Counted from the first letter of the stretch, positions 38,569 to 47,081 are shown. The stretch is 64,000 nt of DNA from a virus (IMGVR_UViG_3300031993_000044:22990-86989); one strand, 5' to 3'. Notes: generated by a model not told the origin, from the sequence alone. Translations and numbers: made by a program.

Positions 38569-39012
38569 TTATTCATCCGTGCGCTCGTCAACCTGCATAC
38601 GGCTGTCTATCACTTCAATTGTCAGCGGCTCGTTCTTAATCTTCTCACCGCCCGAAGTAATGTCAAGCTTCTGCCCGACCTTGCCCAGCGCACGGTCAAT
38701 CATGCGCTCCGCAATGTCGAAGCCCTTGCCGCCAAGCACGTTTCTCGCAACGACACGTATAAGCATGGGCTGCTCAACGTCCGCGATTATCTGTTTCAGC
38801 TTCCCCTCGTCAAGCGTAAGGACGTACAAGTACGACTTTGCAATGTCCTCCTGCTTGGGTATTTTGTAGCCCTCCTTTTTCAGCGTGTCACACACGCTCT
38901 TTATGCTCAAAGGCTTGCGTCCCTGCGGGTTGCCGCTCACTCCCTTTTGGAAACGGTACGGGCGTATGTTCTCAATTTTGCGTTGAGTGAGTTCGTCGTG
39001 TTCCTTTTCCAT
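38569..39012 (-). CDS. terS: Terminase small subunit
   Basis: FQKGVSGNPQGR motif and KLDITSGGEKI C-terminus, directly upstream of terL. Confidence 0.75.
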   Translation of the reverse strand: MEKEHDELTQRKIENIRPYRFQKGVSGNPQGRKPLSIKSVCDTLKKEGYKIPKQEDIAKSYLYVLTLDEGKLKQIIADVEQPMLIRVVARNVLGGKGFDIAERMIDRALGKVGQKLDITSGGEKIKNEPLTIEVIDSRMQVDERTDE

Positions 39013-39041
39013 AAATGTTCCTGTTTTGTTCCTGTTTTTTC

Positions 39042-39347
39042 TTAACGCTCATTGACATAGCTGACTGCACAGCTTTTGCGCTTGCTCTTGTCCGCTTCGT
39101 CCTTGAACTGTGCGTAAACGTCCATAAAGTTGTTAAGCTGCCGCTCGACAAGCAGCCTTGCGCTTAATGCGATAAACGCAGGGTACTTGTCTTGCGTCAA
39201 CTCTTTGAGCTTTTCGTAGGGCTGCTCCAAGAGGTACTGCATAATGAGCACCTTGTCCTTTGCTGGCAGCATTTCGCGGAACTTGACATCAAGCTCCTTT
39301 TCAAGCTCACACCTCACACGCTTTATTCTCTCTTTCCTTGTAGCCAT
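39042..39347 (-). CDS. Hypothetical protein
   Basis: Coupled to the folE stop. Confidence 0.55.
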   Translation of the reverse strand: MATRKERIKRVRCELEKELDVKFREMLPAKDKVLIMQYLLEQPYEKLKELTQDKYPAFIALSARLLVERQLNNFMDVYAQFKDEADKSKRKSCAVSYVNER

Positions 39348-39949
39348 TACTCCGAATTGTTAATCAGGTTCATAAACTCGCTGCGTACTGCTGCATCCGT
39401 TTTGAACAGCCCGGTAAGGCAGGAGCTTGACATGATGCCCTTTTTCCTTGCGCCGCGAATCTCCTTGCACGTGTGATGTGCTTTCATCACGCACGCAATG
39501 CCCAGCGGTGCGTATTCATCGTCCAAGCCCTCTGTCAGCGCACTTTCAATCATGTTTACGATGTCATGCACCAAACGCTCCTGTATCTGCATACGTGCCG
39601 CGCAATAGTCCACGACACGCGCAATCTTGCTTAAGCCGAGTATCTTTCCCTTTGGATGGGGAATGTAGGCAAAGTAGTACTTGCCCATGAAAGGCAGCAC
39701 ATGATGCTCACACATGCTGGCAAAGTCGCCCGTGTCAGTAACCATTTGGTCACAGCGCAAGCCGTCCGTGCCATTGTCAAACACAGTGATTTTGGGCTTC
39801 TTCTTCGGGTCGTAGCCCCGGAACAGTTCTTCCCACATGCGCACAATGCGCTCGGGCGTTCCTTTCAGCCCCTCACGGTTAGGGTCTTCACCCACATACT
39901 CCAGCAGCTCGCGCACGTGCTGCTCTGCTTCGTTCCTTGACAGCTTCAT
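39347..39949 (-). CDS. folE: GTP cyclohydrolase I
   Basis: REGLKGTPER, SMCEHHVLPF, GLSKIARVV, QERL and HTCKEIRG motifs. Confidence 0.95.
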   Translation of the reverse strand: MKLSRNEAEQHVRELLEYVGEDPNREGLKGTPERIVRMWEELFRGYDPKKKPKITVFDNGTDGLRCDQMVTDTGDFASMCEHHVLPFMGKYYFAYIPHPKGKILGLSKIARVVDYCAARMQIQERLVHDIVNMIESALTEGLDDEYAPLGIACVMKAHHTCKEIRGARKKGIMSSSCLTGLFKTDAAVRSEFMNLINNSE

Positions 39950-40290
39950 AGCTCGTTGATGTCGATTTCGTAGGTAGCAATGTTGTTTTCACTCTCCTGC
40001 ACGTCTGCACGGTAGCACTGCGGAATAAGGTCAACAATCCAGCGTGCAATGTTTTCAGCCGTCGGGTTGAACGGCAGAATCTCATTGAGGTTTCCGTGGT
40101 CGAGCTTGCCGTGAATGGCACGCTTGATAAGGGCAAAGTCAGCAACCATGCCGTCCGCGTTCAACTCCTTTGCAGCACAGTACACCGTCACTTTCCAATT
40201 ATGGCCGTGCAGTCCTGCACACTTGCTTGGGTAAGACAGCTGCAAGTGATGGCAAGCAGCAATCTCCATTGTTTTTTGAACTCTGTACAT
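39946..40290 (-). CDS. queD: 6-carboxy-5,6,7,8-tetrahydropterin synthase
   Basis: ACHHL..CAGLHGHNW, LDHGNLN and PTAENIA motifs. Confidence 0.93.
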   Translation of the reverse strand: MYRVQKTMEIAACHHLQLSYPSKCAGLHGHNWKVTVYCAAKELNADGMVADFALIKRAIHGKLDHGNLNEILPFNPTAENIARWIVDLIPQCYRADVQESENNIATYEIDINEL

Positions 40291-40368
40291 CTTTTTACTT
40301 GTTAGAGGTTATACAATACTTCATAATTACTTAACAATTACTTGCTAATTCGTGCAAAACTTGCAAGG

Positions 40369-41043
40369 TTACACGCCCCGCTTGTTTGCGTCCCAAATGA
40401 ACTTGTGAATTTGCAGCTGCATCTTCACGCCGTTCAGCTTGTTTTCAATGAGGTAGTCCGCAATGTCCTTTGGCTCTATGCTTCCGAAGCACGGGCTGAC
40501 AATGACGTTTGTGCGCTCCAGCAGCTTGTTTTGCTCCACGACATACTTCATAATCTGCAAGTCGCGCAAGCTGCCAACGACAAACTTCACGCAGTCCGTC
40601 TTGTTGAGGTAGTCATAGTTGCTCACCTTCATAGCCTTTTGAAGCGCGTTGCCGGCGCACTCCGTCTTGTAGTCAAGCGTGAACGCTGGCCGATAGCAGT
40701 AGGGCAGTTCTGCAAGCTCCTTGATGGGCAGACTGCCGTTTGTCTCAATCTCCACACGGTAGCCGTGTATTGTGAGCATTAAGACAAGCTCCTTCACGTT
40801 GTTTTGCAGCAGCGGCTCGCCGCCCGTCAGCGTGACGTTTTTCACGCCCTGCTGCTCCACGTACTCGAACAGTTCCCTGTCTGTCATTTCCTCGCACGCT
40901 TCGTTATTGTCGTAGCTGTACTTGCTGTCACAGTACGCACAGCGCAGGTTGCAGCCAAAGAAGCGTATAAAGACGGCAAGCTCGCCACTGTGCAAGCCCT
41001 CGCCGTTTATGCTTACGAATTTCTCAACGACTTTGTATCTCAT
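40369..41043 (-). CDS. queE: 7-carboxy-7-deazaguanine synthase (radical SAM)
   Basis: SINGEG, GCNLRCAYCDS, TGGEPL, IETNGS and QLQIHK motifs. Confidence 0.95.
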   Translation of the reverse strand: MRYKVVEKFVSINGEGLHSGELAVFIRFFGCNLRCAYCDSKYSYDNNEACEEMTDRELFEYVEQQGVKNVTLTGGEPLLQNNVKELVLMLTIHGYRVEIETNGSLPIKELAELPYCYRPAFTLDYKTECAGNALQKAMKVSNYDYLNKTDCVKFVVGSLRDLQIMKYVVEQNKLLERTNVIVSPCFGSIEPKDIADYLIENKLNGVKMQLQIHKFIWDANKRGV

Positions 41044-41045
41044 AC

Positions 41046-41708
41046 TTATTTGTTATGGTTTGTCCTGCTTGTAAAGTAGTAGAAGAAAGGCGTGTCAATG
41101 ATGGCAAGGCACAGCTTCAGCAAGTATTGGCCGAGTATGATGCTCAACAGCAAGGACAGCCCGCCCTCTTGGAACAGCCAGCCCATGCCAATGCCAAACG
41201 CTACGAGCGCATAGATTACAGTGTCGATGATTTGGCTTGTTCCCGTGCTTACGTTGTTCCATATCCAGCGCATAGACGGCTTTGCGTCGAAGCGTGCGCG
41301 TATCTTGTGGAAAATCCACACGTCCCAAGTCTGTGAGCATGAGTAGGCACACAGCGACCCAAGCACGAACATGGGCGACTGCCCCAGCAGCGTCTCGTAT
41401 GCCTGCTGCATAGCTGCATCGTCCGTAGGCGTGTACTGCGTCAGCACGATAAGCGCAATGGCGAACAGCTGGCCGACAAAGCCGTAACGCACTGCACGCT
41501 GTGCTTCCAGCTTTCCCCACAACTCGCCAATGATGTCAGTGCAAAGGAACGTGAAAGCGTAGGTTATTGCACCGCCGGACAGCGCAAGCGGGATGCCGAA
41601 AATCGTCAGTCCCGTGTTAATCACTTTGCAGCCTACGATGTTGGCCACAACAATGCTGATAACGAAAATAACGTGTATCAGCAGGAGGTTTTCATTTGTT
41701 TTCTTCAT
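41046..41708 (-). CDS. yhhQ: Queuosine-precursor transporter (VUT/YhhQ family)
   Basis: Multi-TM; TDIIGELWG, SQTWDVWIF, STGTSQIIDT and DTPFFY motifs. Confidence 0.9.
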   Translation of the reverse strand: MKKTNENLLLIHVIFVISIVVANIVGCKVINTGLTIFGIPLALSGGAITYAFTFLCTDIIGELWGKLEAQRAVRYGFVGQLFAIALIVLTQYTPTDDAAMQQAYETLLGQSPMFVLGSLCAYSCSQTWDVWIFHKIRARFDAKPSMRWIWNNVSTGTSQIIDTVIYALVAFGIGMGWLFQEGGLSLLLSIILGQYLLKLCLAIIDTPFFYYFTSRTNHNK

Positions 41709-41729
41709 ATTCTTTCAGTTACATGTTGG

Positions 41730-42638
41730 TTACATACCTTTGTAGTAGTCCTGCTCCCCGGCTGCTTTCTGATACTCGCGCTTAAGCATTTCAATCTGCA
41801 CGCACAGACAGTTGGTGTTGCGCTCGTTGGCATACTCGTTAATGACGTTCCAGTGTTCCTCGCCCACAAACTGCTTGATGGCAGCAGTGTCGATGTTCTT
41901 TTGGTGATGTCCTTTGATAAAGCCAAAGCGCAAGCCGCTTTTGAACGACGTGCTATCAGCGGACGTGCAGAAACGGCACGCTTCCAGCAGCTTCTTTTCA
42001 GTGCATCCGAGCAAGTGAATGTCAATGGACGGCTTACGGCGCTTGATGTACCTGGCAAGAGCCGGCACGTCGTTTTTCTTGCCCGCAATACGCAGTTCGG
42101 GGACGCTGATTGCAATGTAGTCCGAGAACTCTATGAGCCTGTCAAGCCCCTTTTTGCCGTCCTCCAAGTGGAACACGTTAATGATGCGGTTGTTTGGCAG
42201 GTCGTTTCTCATGCGCTGCCTGAACTCCCAAGCCTGCTCAACGCCAAGCACCTTTTGGCAGTCCACTTCTACGCACGTAGCACCATTGCCGTGTGCAAGC
42301 GTGAACTCTACCAAAGCGTCGTACCACTTGCCGATGATATTGTCATCGTGCTTGCCGGAACGCCCGCCAAACATGAGCGTGAACAGCCCGCTATCCTGTA
42401 TGACATGCAGGGAATTGTCGGCAATGTACTTTGGTATGGCTATTGCTTCGTTGCCTTTCTGCCACTTAAGCGGCATGATTGGGCATTTCGTAGAGCCGAA
42501 CACAGTCTTTTCCACAAACGGGAAAGCTGTGTAAAGGCTGTAACGCACGCCAAGCTCCTTGACTGCAAGGAACTGGTTTTGCACCTCGCTTCCAGCGTAG
42601 TGTACTTTGATGTTATCGGGTAAGTGTAGCACCTCCAT
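41730..42638 (-). CDS. dpdA: DpdA-like 7-deazaguanine DNA transglycosylase (TGT fold)
   Basis: IQDSGLFT, VEVD, INVFH, IHLLGC and SADSTS correspond to TGT/DpdA catalytic segments; lies within the que cluster. Confidence 0.75.
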   Translation of the reverse strand: MEVLHLPDNIKVHYAGSEVQNQFLAVKELGVRYSLYTAFPFVEKTVFGSTKCPIMPLKWQKGNEAIAIPKYIADNSLHVIQDSGLFTLMFGGRSGKHDDNIIGKWYDALVEFTLAHGNGATCVEVDCQKVLGVEQAWEFRQRMRNDLPNNRIINVFHLEDGKKGLDRLIEFSDYIAISVPELRIAGKKNDVPALARYIKRRKPSIDIHLLGCTEKKLLEACRFCTSADSTSFKSGLRFGFIKGHHQKNIDTAAIKQFVGEEHWNVINEYANERNTNCLCVQIEMLKREYQKAAGEQDYYKGM

Positions 42639-42963
42639 AGCCGTCCTCCGTTACTTCTACTTTATCCATGTCGAAGAATCTGTTGAGCAAGTTTTCCGCA
42701 ATGCTTTCACAGCTCATTTCGCGGAAGTCGCAACAGTTGTAGCCGTCGCCCTCATAGTTGGGGTAAGTCATGCGCAAGTAGTCCTCTATTTCATGCTGGC
42801 GCGTGATGATTTCCACTTGCCGCTCGTTATGCTCCACGCCGACCCAGCAGCGAATGACAAAGACGTGCCTGTGCCTGTTTGCAAGGTACTTGCAGCCGTC
42901 GGGAGCGTCAGGCCATCGGTGAAAGCCCTCGATGGCGTTGTAGGTAAGAACTTGTCTTTTCAT
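42613..42963 (-). CDS. Second QueD-like T-fold protein (DpdL candidate)
   Basis: EGFHRWP..LANRHRHVF..SCESIA..VEVTED: keeps His/Glu motifs but lacks the QueD catalytic C-x-x-x-HGH. Confidence 0.6.
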   Translation of the reverse strand: MKRQVLTYNAIEGFHRWPDAPDGCKYLANRHRHVFVIRCWVGVEHNERQVEIITRQHEIEDYLRMTYPNYEGDGYNCCDFREMSCESIAENLLNRFFDMDKVEVTEDGYGGATLTR

Positions 42964-43556
42964 TTTATCTTTATGTTTTCGTAGTCCTTCAAAGCTTCAG
43001 TAACGATGCTGCGTATTTCCTCAACTTGTTCGTCGGTGAAGTCAGCGGGCAGGCATATCTTTATGTCCTTGCCCTTTTCCTTTTCCTCCTTTTCCTCTTT
43101 TTCCTTGTCGAAGAAGTCGCCCAGCTCAAAGTCGCCGCCCTCCAAGAACGAAGGCAGGTTCATTCCCCAATCCTCCAAGTCGCCCGTGTCCCACTCGTTG
43201 GCAATCAAGTTCCAATCAACGTCACCGAAAGCCACGTTGTCCTTGATTACGTACTCTGCAAGCTTTTCCACGGGCGTTTCCTGCTTGAACACATAGCACG
43301 GCAGCTCATTGAATCCAAGCTCCTTACACGCACGCAGGCGCATGTTACCACCTATTACTATATAATGGCCGTTTTCAAGCGGGTAAACAAGCAGTGTACG
43401 CGCTTCCAGCAGTTCGGGCGCGTCCTCAATACTTTTCTTAAGCGCATCATACCGATGCGTCTTTATGAAGCGGGGGTTTTTTGGCAAGCCCTCCAGCTGA
43501 CCCTCGTTCAGCTCCAACAGGCTCACGTCAATGTTTTGGTACGGTGTTTTGCTCAT
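42960..43556 (-). CDS. ParB-N-like protein
   Basis: PKNPRFI..LKKSI..VIGGNMRLRACKELG; start taken at ATG 43556, just after the promoter. Confidence 0.8.
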   Translation of the reverse strand: MSKTPYQNIDVSLLELNEGQLEGLPKNPRFIKTHRYDALKKSIEDAPELLEARTLLVYPLENGHYIVIGGNMRLRACKELGFNELPCYVFKQETPVEKLAEYVIKDNVAFGDVDWNLIANEWDTGDLEDWGMNLPSFLEGGDFELGDFFDKEKEEKEEKEKGKDIKICLPADFTDEQVEEIRSIVTEALKDYENIKIK

Positions 43557-43580
43557 TTTTATCTTATTTTGATTAAAACT

Positions 43581-43615
43581 ACGCAAAAGTAAGCAAAAAT
43601 AAGCAGTTATAAGCA
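43581..43615 (-). promoter_or_regulatory. -7 box and 10-bp-phased TAAGCA array
   Basis: TACTTTTGC (minus) overlapped by TAAGCA at 43590, 43600 and 43610. Confidence 0.65.
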
Positions 43616-43881
43616 ATATTTTCCAAACGTTGTGCAAACAGTAAGCACAAACATGGGCGCAATGCCGTATTGCACTGCGCCCCCTGCAAACATCTATATA
43701 ATCATGCCACACAAAAAAGATTTCGGAAAAAGCGGCTACCACTGTAACCGCATAATTAAACTTTTGCATTTTTGAATAGTGGTGTCTCACGACACGTTTA
43801 TGTTACTTACGTATGTAAATCCCTTGCTTTTTGAAGTGAAGCGTGTTTCGCAACAGGCTTCACCCACTGTATGAAAAAAAC

Positions 43882-44217
43882 TCAGTTCACTGCTTGGTAA
43901 GCGTGTTCATCGTCCTTGCGCAAACAACGCAGTATTTTCTCGTAAAGCTTTGTGATTACGGGGTCGCCGACCTCCAAATATCCAATATAGTGCTTTGCGC
44001 TCGTAATGACATGAGCCCTGCTTCGCTTAATGACCTGCGCTGCCTTTTTCGGGTGTATTCCAGCCAATGCAGTTACGGCACAGTAAAGGCCGCGTGCAAA
44101 GTTCAGCTTATTGCATTTAGGGCCATAGACAAGCTCCTTTTCGTCAATTTCGCAGGACTCACACACCGCTTGCGCTACTTCTTCCGCGTTGCATTTCAGA
44201 TTTGGGTTTAATGTCAT
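43882..44217 (-). CDS. DnaA C-terminal-domain-like HTH protein
   Basis: VAQAVCE.CEI..KEL...K....ARGL...HP.KAAQVIKRSRAHVI resembles the DnaA domain IV signature. Confidence 0.55.
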   Translation of the reverse strand: MTLNPNLKCNAEEVAQAVCESCEIDEKELVYGPKCNKLNFARGLYCAVTALAGIHPKKAAQVIKRSRAHVITSAKHYIGYLEVGDPVITKLYEKILRCLRKDDEHAYQAVN

Positions 44218-44243
44218 TAAATGGGCAATTTTGCTTTCGCGGG

Positions 44244-44290
44244 TCAAAGTTAATCAAAACTAAGCGAAAATAAGCAATAATAAGTATAAA
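44244..44290 (-). promoter_or_regulatory. -7 box and 10-bp-phased TAAGCA-like array
   Basis: TAACTTTG (minus); TAATCA/TAAGCG/TAAGCA/TAAGTA at 44251, 44261, 44271 and 44281. Confidence 0.6.
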
Positions 44291-44411
44291 AGAGTGCTTA
44301 TTTTAATATGATTTAACTTTGAGCAACAAAAACAGCGGTTTTATACGCCCAAAAAGATTGTGCAAGTGATAACCTTACACAAACTACAAACTGCACAATG
44401 TCTTTGCAATA

Positions 44412-45578
44412 CTACACACCCAGCACGTAGTCAATGACGGCACGGTTTGCTGCATCGACCTTTTTTGTGTTCGTGCGTATATACACCTTTGTCACATTTG
44501 CGCCCGTTGTCTGCGAGTGACCCAGCGCACGGCTTATCGTGTCGTCGCTTATATCCAAGTCATACGCAAACGTCGCCCACGTGTGCCTTGCCCAATACAG
44601 CGTAAGGTTGTCAATGCCTATCTTCTTGCCCATTTCACCCAGCCAATGGTTGCACTTGTTCGCAAACATGTTGTACTTCTTAACCGTGTCAAACCAACAT
44701 AGCAAGTGCTGCTTGCCCTTGTACTTGTCGAAGATGGCCTGCGCTTCCGGCTCTACCTTAATATTATATAGCTTGTGTGTCTTGCTGCGCAAATACTGTA
44801 TGCGCCCGTCCGTAGGGTCTGCGAGGTCTGACAGGTCGGCGACATTGATGCCTATCAGATAGAACGTCAGCATGAAGCAGTCCTTGTAACGCTGCTGGAA
44901 CGGCTCACATGGCAGGGCAATGAAGTCACGTAGCTGCTTAAGGCTCATGCTTCGCTTCGGCGTTTCCTCATACTCAAAGTCGAACTTGCGGAACGGGTAG
45001 AAGCTTATTGTTTCCTGCTTAAGCGCAAAGTTGAACACTGCACGCAGGTTTCTGAAATGTATGCTGCGCCCGTTCTTGCTCGGGCTGTAAGTCATAAGGA
45101 ACAGCTTAAAGTCAGTAAGCCACTTGATGCTCATTTGCTCAAACGTCAGGCTGTCATAGTGCGCAAACTCCTTGACAAGCGCAATGGTGCGCTCGTATAT
45201 CCTGCGCGTGCTCTCGTTTGTTTTCAGTGCTAAAAACTGCTCGTATGTGTCCTTGAAAAGATGTGGCAGGTCGTTTTCGTCCTCTTTCTGCAAGTACGAA
45301 ATGAGAGCCTTGTCAGTGTAGCTTCGCAGTTTGCCCGACGCTTGCAGCTGCAACAGCTTTGTTTCCGCTTCGCTGCAACGCTGGCGTATGATGGCGTTGA
45401 GGACTTTCCTGTTTGCAATGTTTTTGATGCACTGTGCTTCGCTGTCCCAATCGCCAGGCGCAACGTCTATACCCAGCGGCACATAAAACGTGTGCTTGCG
45501 TGCAACCGCAAGCTTCAGCGGATATGTGCCGTCCTTTTTTCTGTGCCTTATGTCAAGCCGTATAGATACCTTAACCAT
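44412..45578 (-). CDS. int: Tyrosine integrase (Bacteroidales type)
   Basis: N-terminal arm-binding RLD.R..KDG.YPL; IGINVAD, YWARHTWAT, ALGH and catalytic VY motifs. Confidence 0.95.
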   Translation of the reverse strand: MVKVSIRLDIRHRKKDGTYPLKLAVARKHTFYVPLGIDVAPGDWDSEAQCIKNIANRKVLNAIIRQRCSEAETKLLQLQASGKLRSYTDKALISYLQKEDENDLPHLFKDTYEQFLALKTNESTRRIYERTIALVKEFAHYDSLTFEQMSIKWLTDFKLFLMTYSPSKNGRSIHFRNLRAVFNFALKQETISFYPFRKFDFEYEETPKRSMSLKQLRDFIALPCEPFQQRYKDCFMLTFYLIGINVADLSDLADPTDGRIQYLRSKTHKLYNIKVEPEAQAIFDKYKGKQHLLCWFDTVKKYNMFANKCNHWLGEMGKKIGIDNLTLYWARHTWATFAYDLDISDDTISRALGHSQTTGANVTKVYIRTNTKKVDAANRAVIDYVLGV

Positions 45579-45606
45579 GCCTTGCTATAAAATAAGGGGC
45601 AAAGAG

Positions 45607-45631
45607 TTTGCAACTTTTTTGCAACTTTTTT
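45607..45631. repeat. Integrase arm-type sites (left)
   Basis: Tandem TTTGCAACTTTTT x2, mirrored at 45818-45841. Confidence 0.65.
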
Positions 45632-45677
45632 GCCCCAAATAGTCTGTTTTTGACCCAAAATGTCCTGCTGCATATTC

Positions 45678-45691
45678 GCGGGCTGACCCGC
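45678..45691. other. Hairpin just downstream of the tRNA fragment
   Basis: GCGGG-CTGA-CCCGC. Confidence 0.4.
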
Positions 45692-45698
45692 TGGATAA

Positions 45699-45755
45699 GC
45701 GGAGAGACCGGGATTCGAACCCGGGATACGCTTTTGACGTATACACGCTTTCCAG
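45699..45755 (-). mobile_element. attP core: 3' half of tRNA-Ser(GGA)
   Basis: Minus strand reads CTGGAAA anticodon loop, GCGTG, long variable arm, CCGGG-TTCGAAT-CCCGG T-arm, TCTCTCCGC. The 5' half is absent. Confidence 0.9.
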
Positions 45756-45817
45756 TCCTACCCCCTATCGGTTTTAATTAAATGTGTATCAATATGTTAC
45801 AGAACGCCAAATTTTAA

Positions 45818-45841
45818 TTTGCAACTTTTTTGCAACTTTTT
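45818..45841. repeat. Integrase arm-type sites (right)
   Basis: Tandem TTTGCAACTTTTT x2. Confidence 0.65.
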
Positions 45842-45843
45842 GG

Positions 45844-46467
45844 CTATTTGAGGGACATTTGCATCAGTACGCGATACCATGCGCGTATGTCCTCCTTTGC
45901 GACGGTAAAGTCTGCAAAGTCGGGGTTGATGCTCCTGCACAAAACACGGCTGTCATCCTCCTTGCAGGGGAACACGTTCTTAACGATAGGGCCGTTGACA
46001 GTATCTAACTCGTAGGTACGTCCCCACTCAATAAAAGCTGCTTCATTTATCCTTTTGACAAGTATCTTGCTGCCATTGGGATATTCGGGAGCCATGCTGT
46101 CACCTGTTATGGTGCTGGCGTGGCTCGCGTCTTTTATCGGGCTTACTATCATTTCACACTCGTATTCCATGACGGACGCTTCAAAGTTTGAAGGACTGCC
46201 GCCCTGCACGCTTATGGGCAGCAGCGGGACGTATGTAACGCCTTCTGTGCCCGTGCTGTAAGAAGCAACGAACATATCACCCACACCGTCAGCGACCCAA
46301 TCTGCGTTGACCTGCGGGAACTTGTCTTTGAGAGCTTTCACTACTTTGGCGCTCGGCTTGCGTGTGTTCTGCACGTAGGCATTGCTCACGTCAATTTCTT
46401 TCTGCAACTGTGCAACGCTTAAGCCAAGGTTTCGAGCCAATAAGCCCATCCTTTCCTTAAAATCCAT
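45844..46467 (-). CDS. CI-like repressor (HTH plus S24 peptidase)
   Basis: N-terminal HTH; TITGDSMAPEY and LVKR catalytic Ser/Lys motifs. Confidence 0.9.
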   Translation of the reverse strand: MDFKERMGLLARNLGLSVAQLQKEIDVSNAYVQNTRKPSAKVVKALKDKFPQVNADWVADGVGDMFVASYSTGTEGVTYVPLLPISVQGGSPSNFEASVMEYECEMIVSPIKDASHASTITGDSMAPEYPNGSKILVKRINEAAFIEWGRTYELDTVNGPIVKNVFPCKEDDSRVLCRSINPDFADFTVAKEDIRAWYRVLMQMSLK

Positions 46468-46486
46468 AAATTTCTATTCAAAAATG

Positions 46487-46582
46487 CTTAATAATCTATA
46501 AATTTATATAGTAATTTATAGGCAAATTTAGTTTTTTATACGACCTTTGCCCACGCATTACGTTTTTGACGGTGCAAAATTA
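46487..46582. promoter_or_regulatory. Lysis/lysogeny switch: early promoter copy 4 (+) and repressor promoter (-)
   Basis: CTTAATA-N22-TTATAGG..N16-GACCTTTGC (46542-46550, +) and TAATTTTGC (46574-46582, -). Confidence 0.75.
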
Positions 46583-46627
46583 CAAATTTATTTTGAAAAC
46601 AAAGCATTATTATAATTTATTAAGAAA

Positions 46628-46807
46628 ATGAAGACAGTAACTAAGAGAAACAAAGACAGAGCTGTGTATGACAGATTTATGCAGCTTGTGGACAAAGGTA
46701 AGTCAAAAACCGAAGCCACGTACAAGGTAATGTCGGAGTTCAACATCTGCACTCCGAGCACTGTTCTGAACATAAGAAAGCGTATTGAAGGAGGTGCTGC
46801 CCTATGA
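46628..46807 (+). CDS. Cro-like small DNA-binding protein (59 aa)
   Basis: Manual reading MKTVTKRNKDRAVYDRFMQLVDKGKSKTEATYKVMSEFNICTPSTVLNIRKRIEGGAAL; first gene of the rightward promoter. Confidence 0.6.
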   Translation: MKTVTKRNKDRAVYDRFMQLVDKGKSKTEATYKVMSEFNICTPSTVLNIRKRIEGGAAL

Positions 46808-47001
46808 CTTGCGTTGAGCCTAAAGTAAATGATGCGGGCTGGTACAACGTCAACGAGACGGCGCAAGCACTTGAAGTTGACAGGAAAACGGTACTGCGTC
46901 ACACGGAAAAGGGCTATATCAAGTGTAAAGTTAGAAAATGCAATAACCGGCGCGTGTACTCAGGGCGTGAAATCAAACGCTATTGGGGAGCGCAATATTA
47001 A
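46804..47001 (+). CDS. Excisionase-like HTH protein
   Basis: WYNVNETAQALEVDRKTVLR...RRVYSG MerR/Xis-type motif. Confidence 0.7.
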   Translation: MTCVEPKVNDAGWYNVNETAQALEVDRKTVLRHTEKGYIKCKVRKCNNRRVYSGREIKRYWGAQY

Positions 47002-47081
47002 AGTACGACAATTTTAATATGAACGAGCAAGGAACAATTTTCAACTTATACAGCGTGCAAAACGCATTAAACACAACAGAT

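Noticed and set aside
39042-43556. Host tRNA-queuosine biosynthesis as the sole role of the cluster
   Set aside because: No queC/queF/queA, and the TGT-like gene resembles divergent phage DpdA beside ParB-like and packaging genes; DNA modification is the better explanation.
43557-43620. preQ1 riboswitch upstream of the que/dpd operon
   Set aside because: The -7 box is only about 25 nt from the ATG, and no preQ1 consensus is visible.
43557-43790. N-terminal extension of the ParB-like ORF given in the track
   Set aside because: It crosses the promoter and repeat array and has non-coding composition; ATG 43556 is preferred.
45699-45755. Complete tRNA-Ser gene
   Set aside because: Only the 3' half is present; the sequence 5' of the anticodon loop cannot form the anticodon stem, D-arm or acceptor stem. 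Treated as attP.
45755-45844. Integration-dependent truncation of the repressor (BPs-type switch)
   Set aside because: The att core lies about 90 nt beyond the cI stop codon, not inside the gene.
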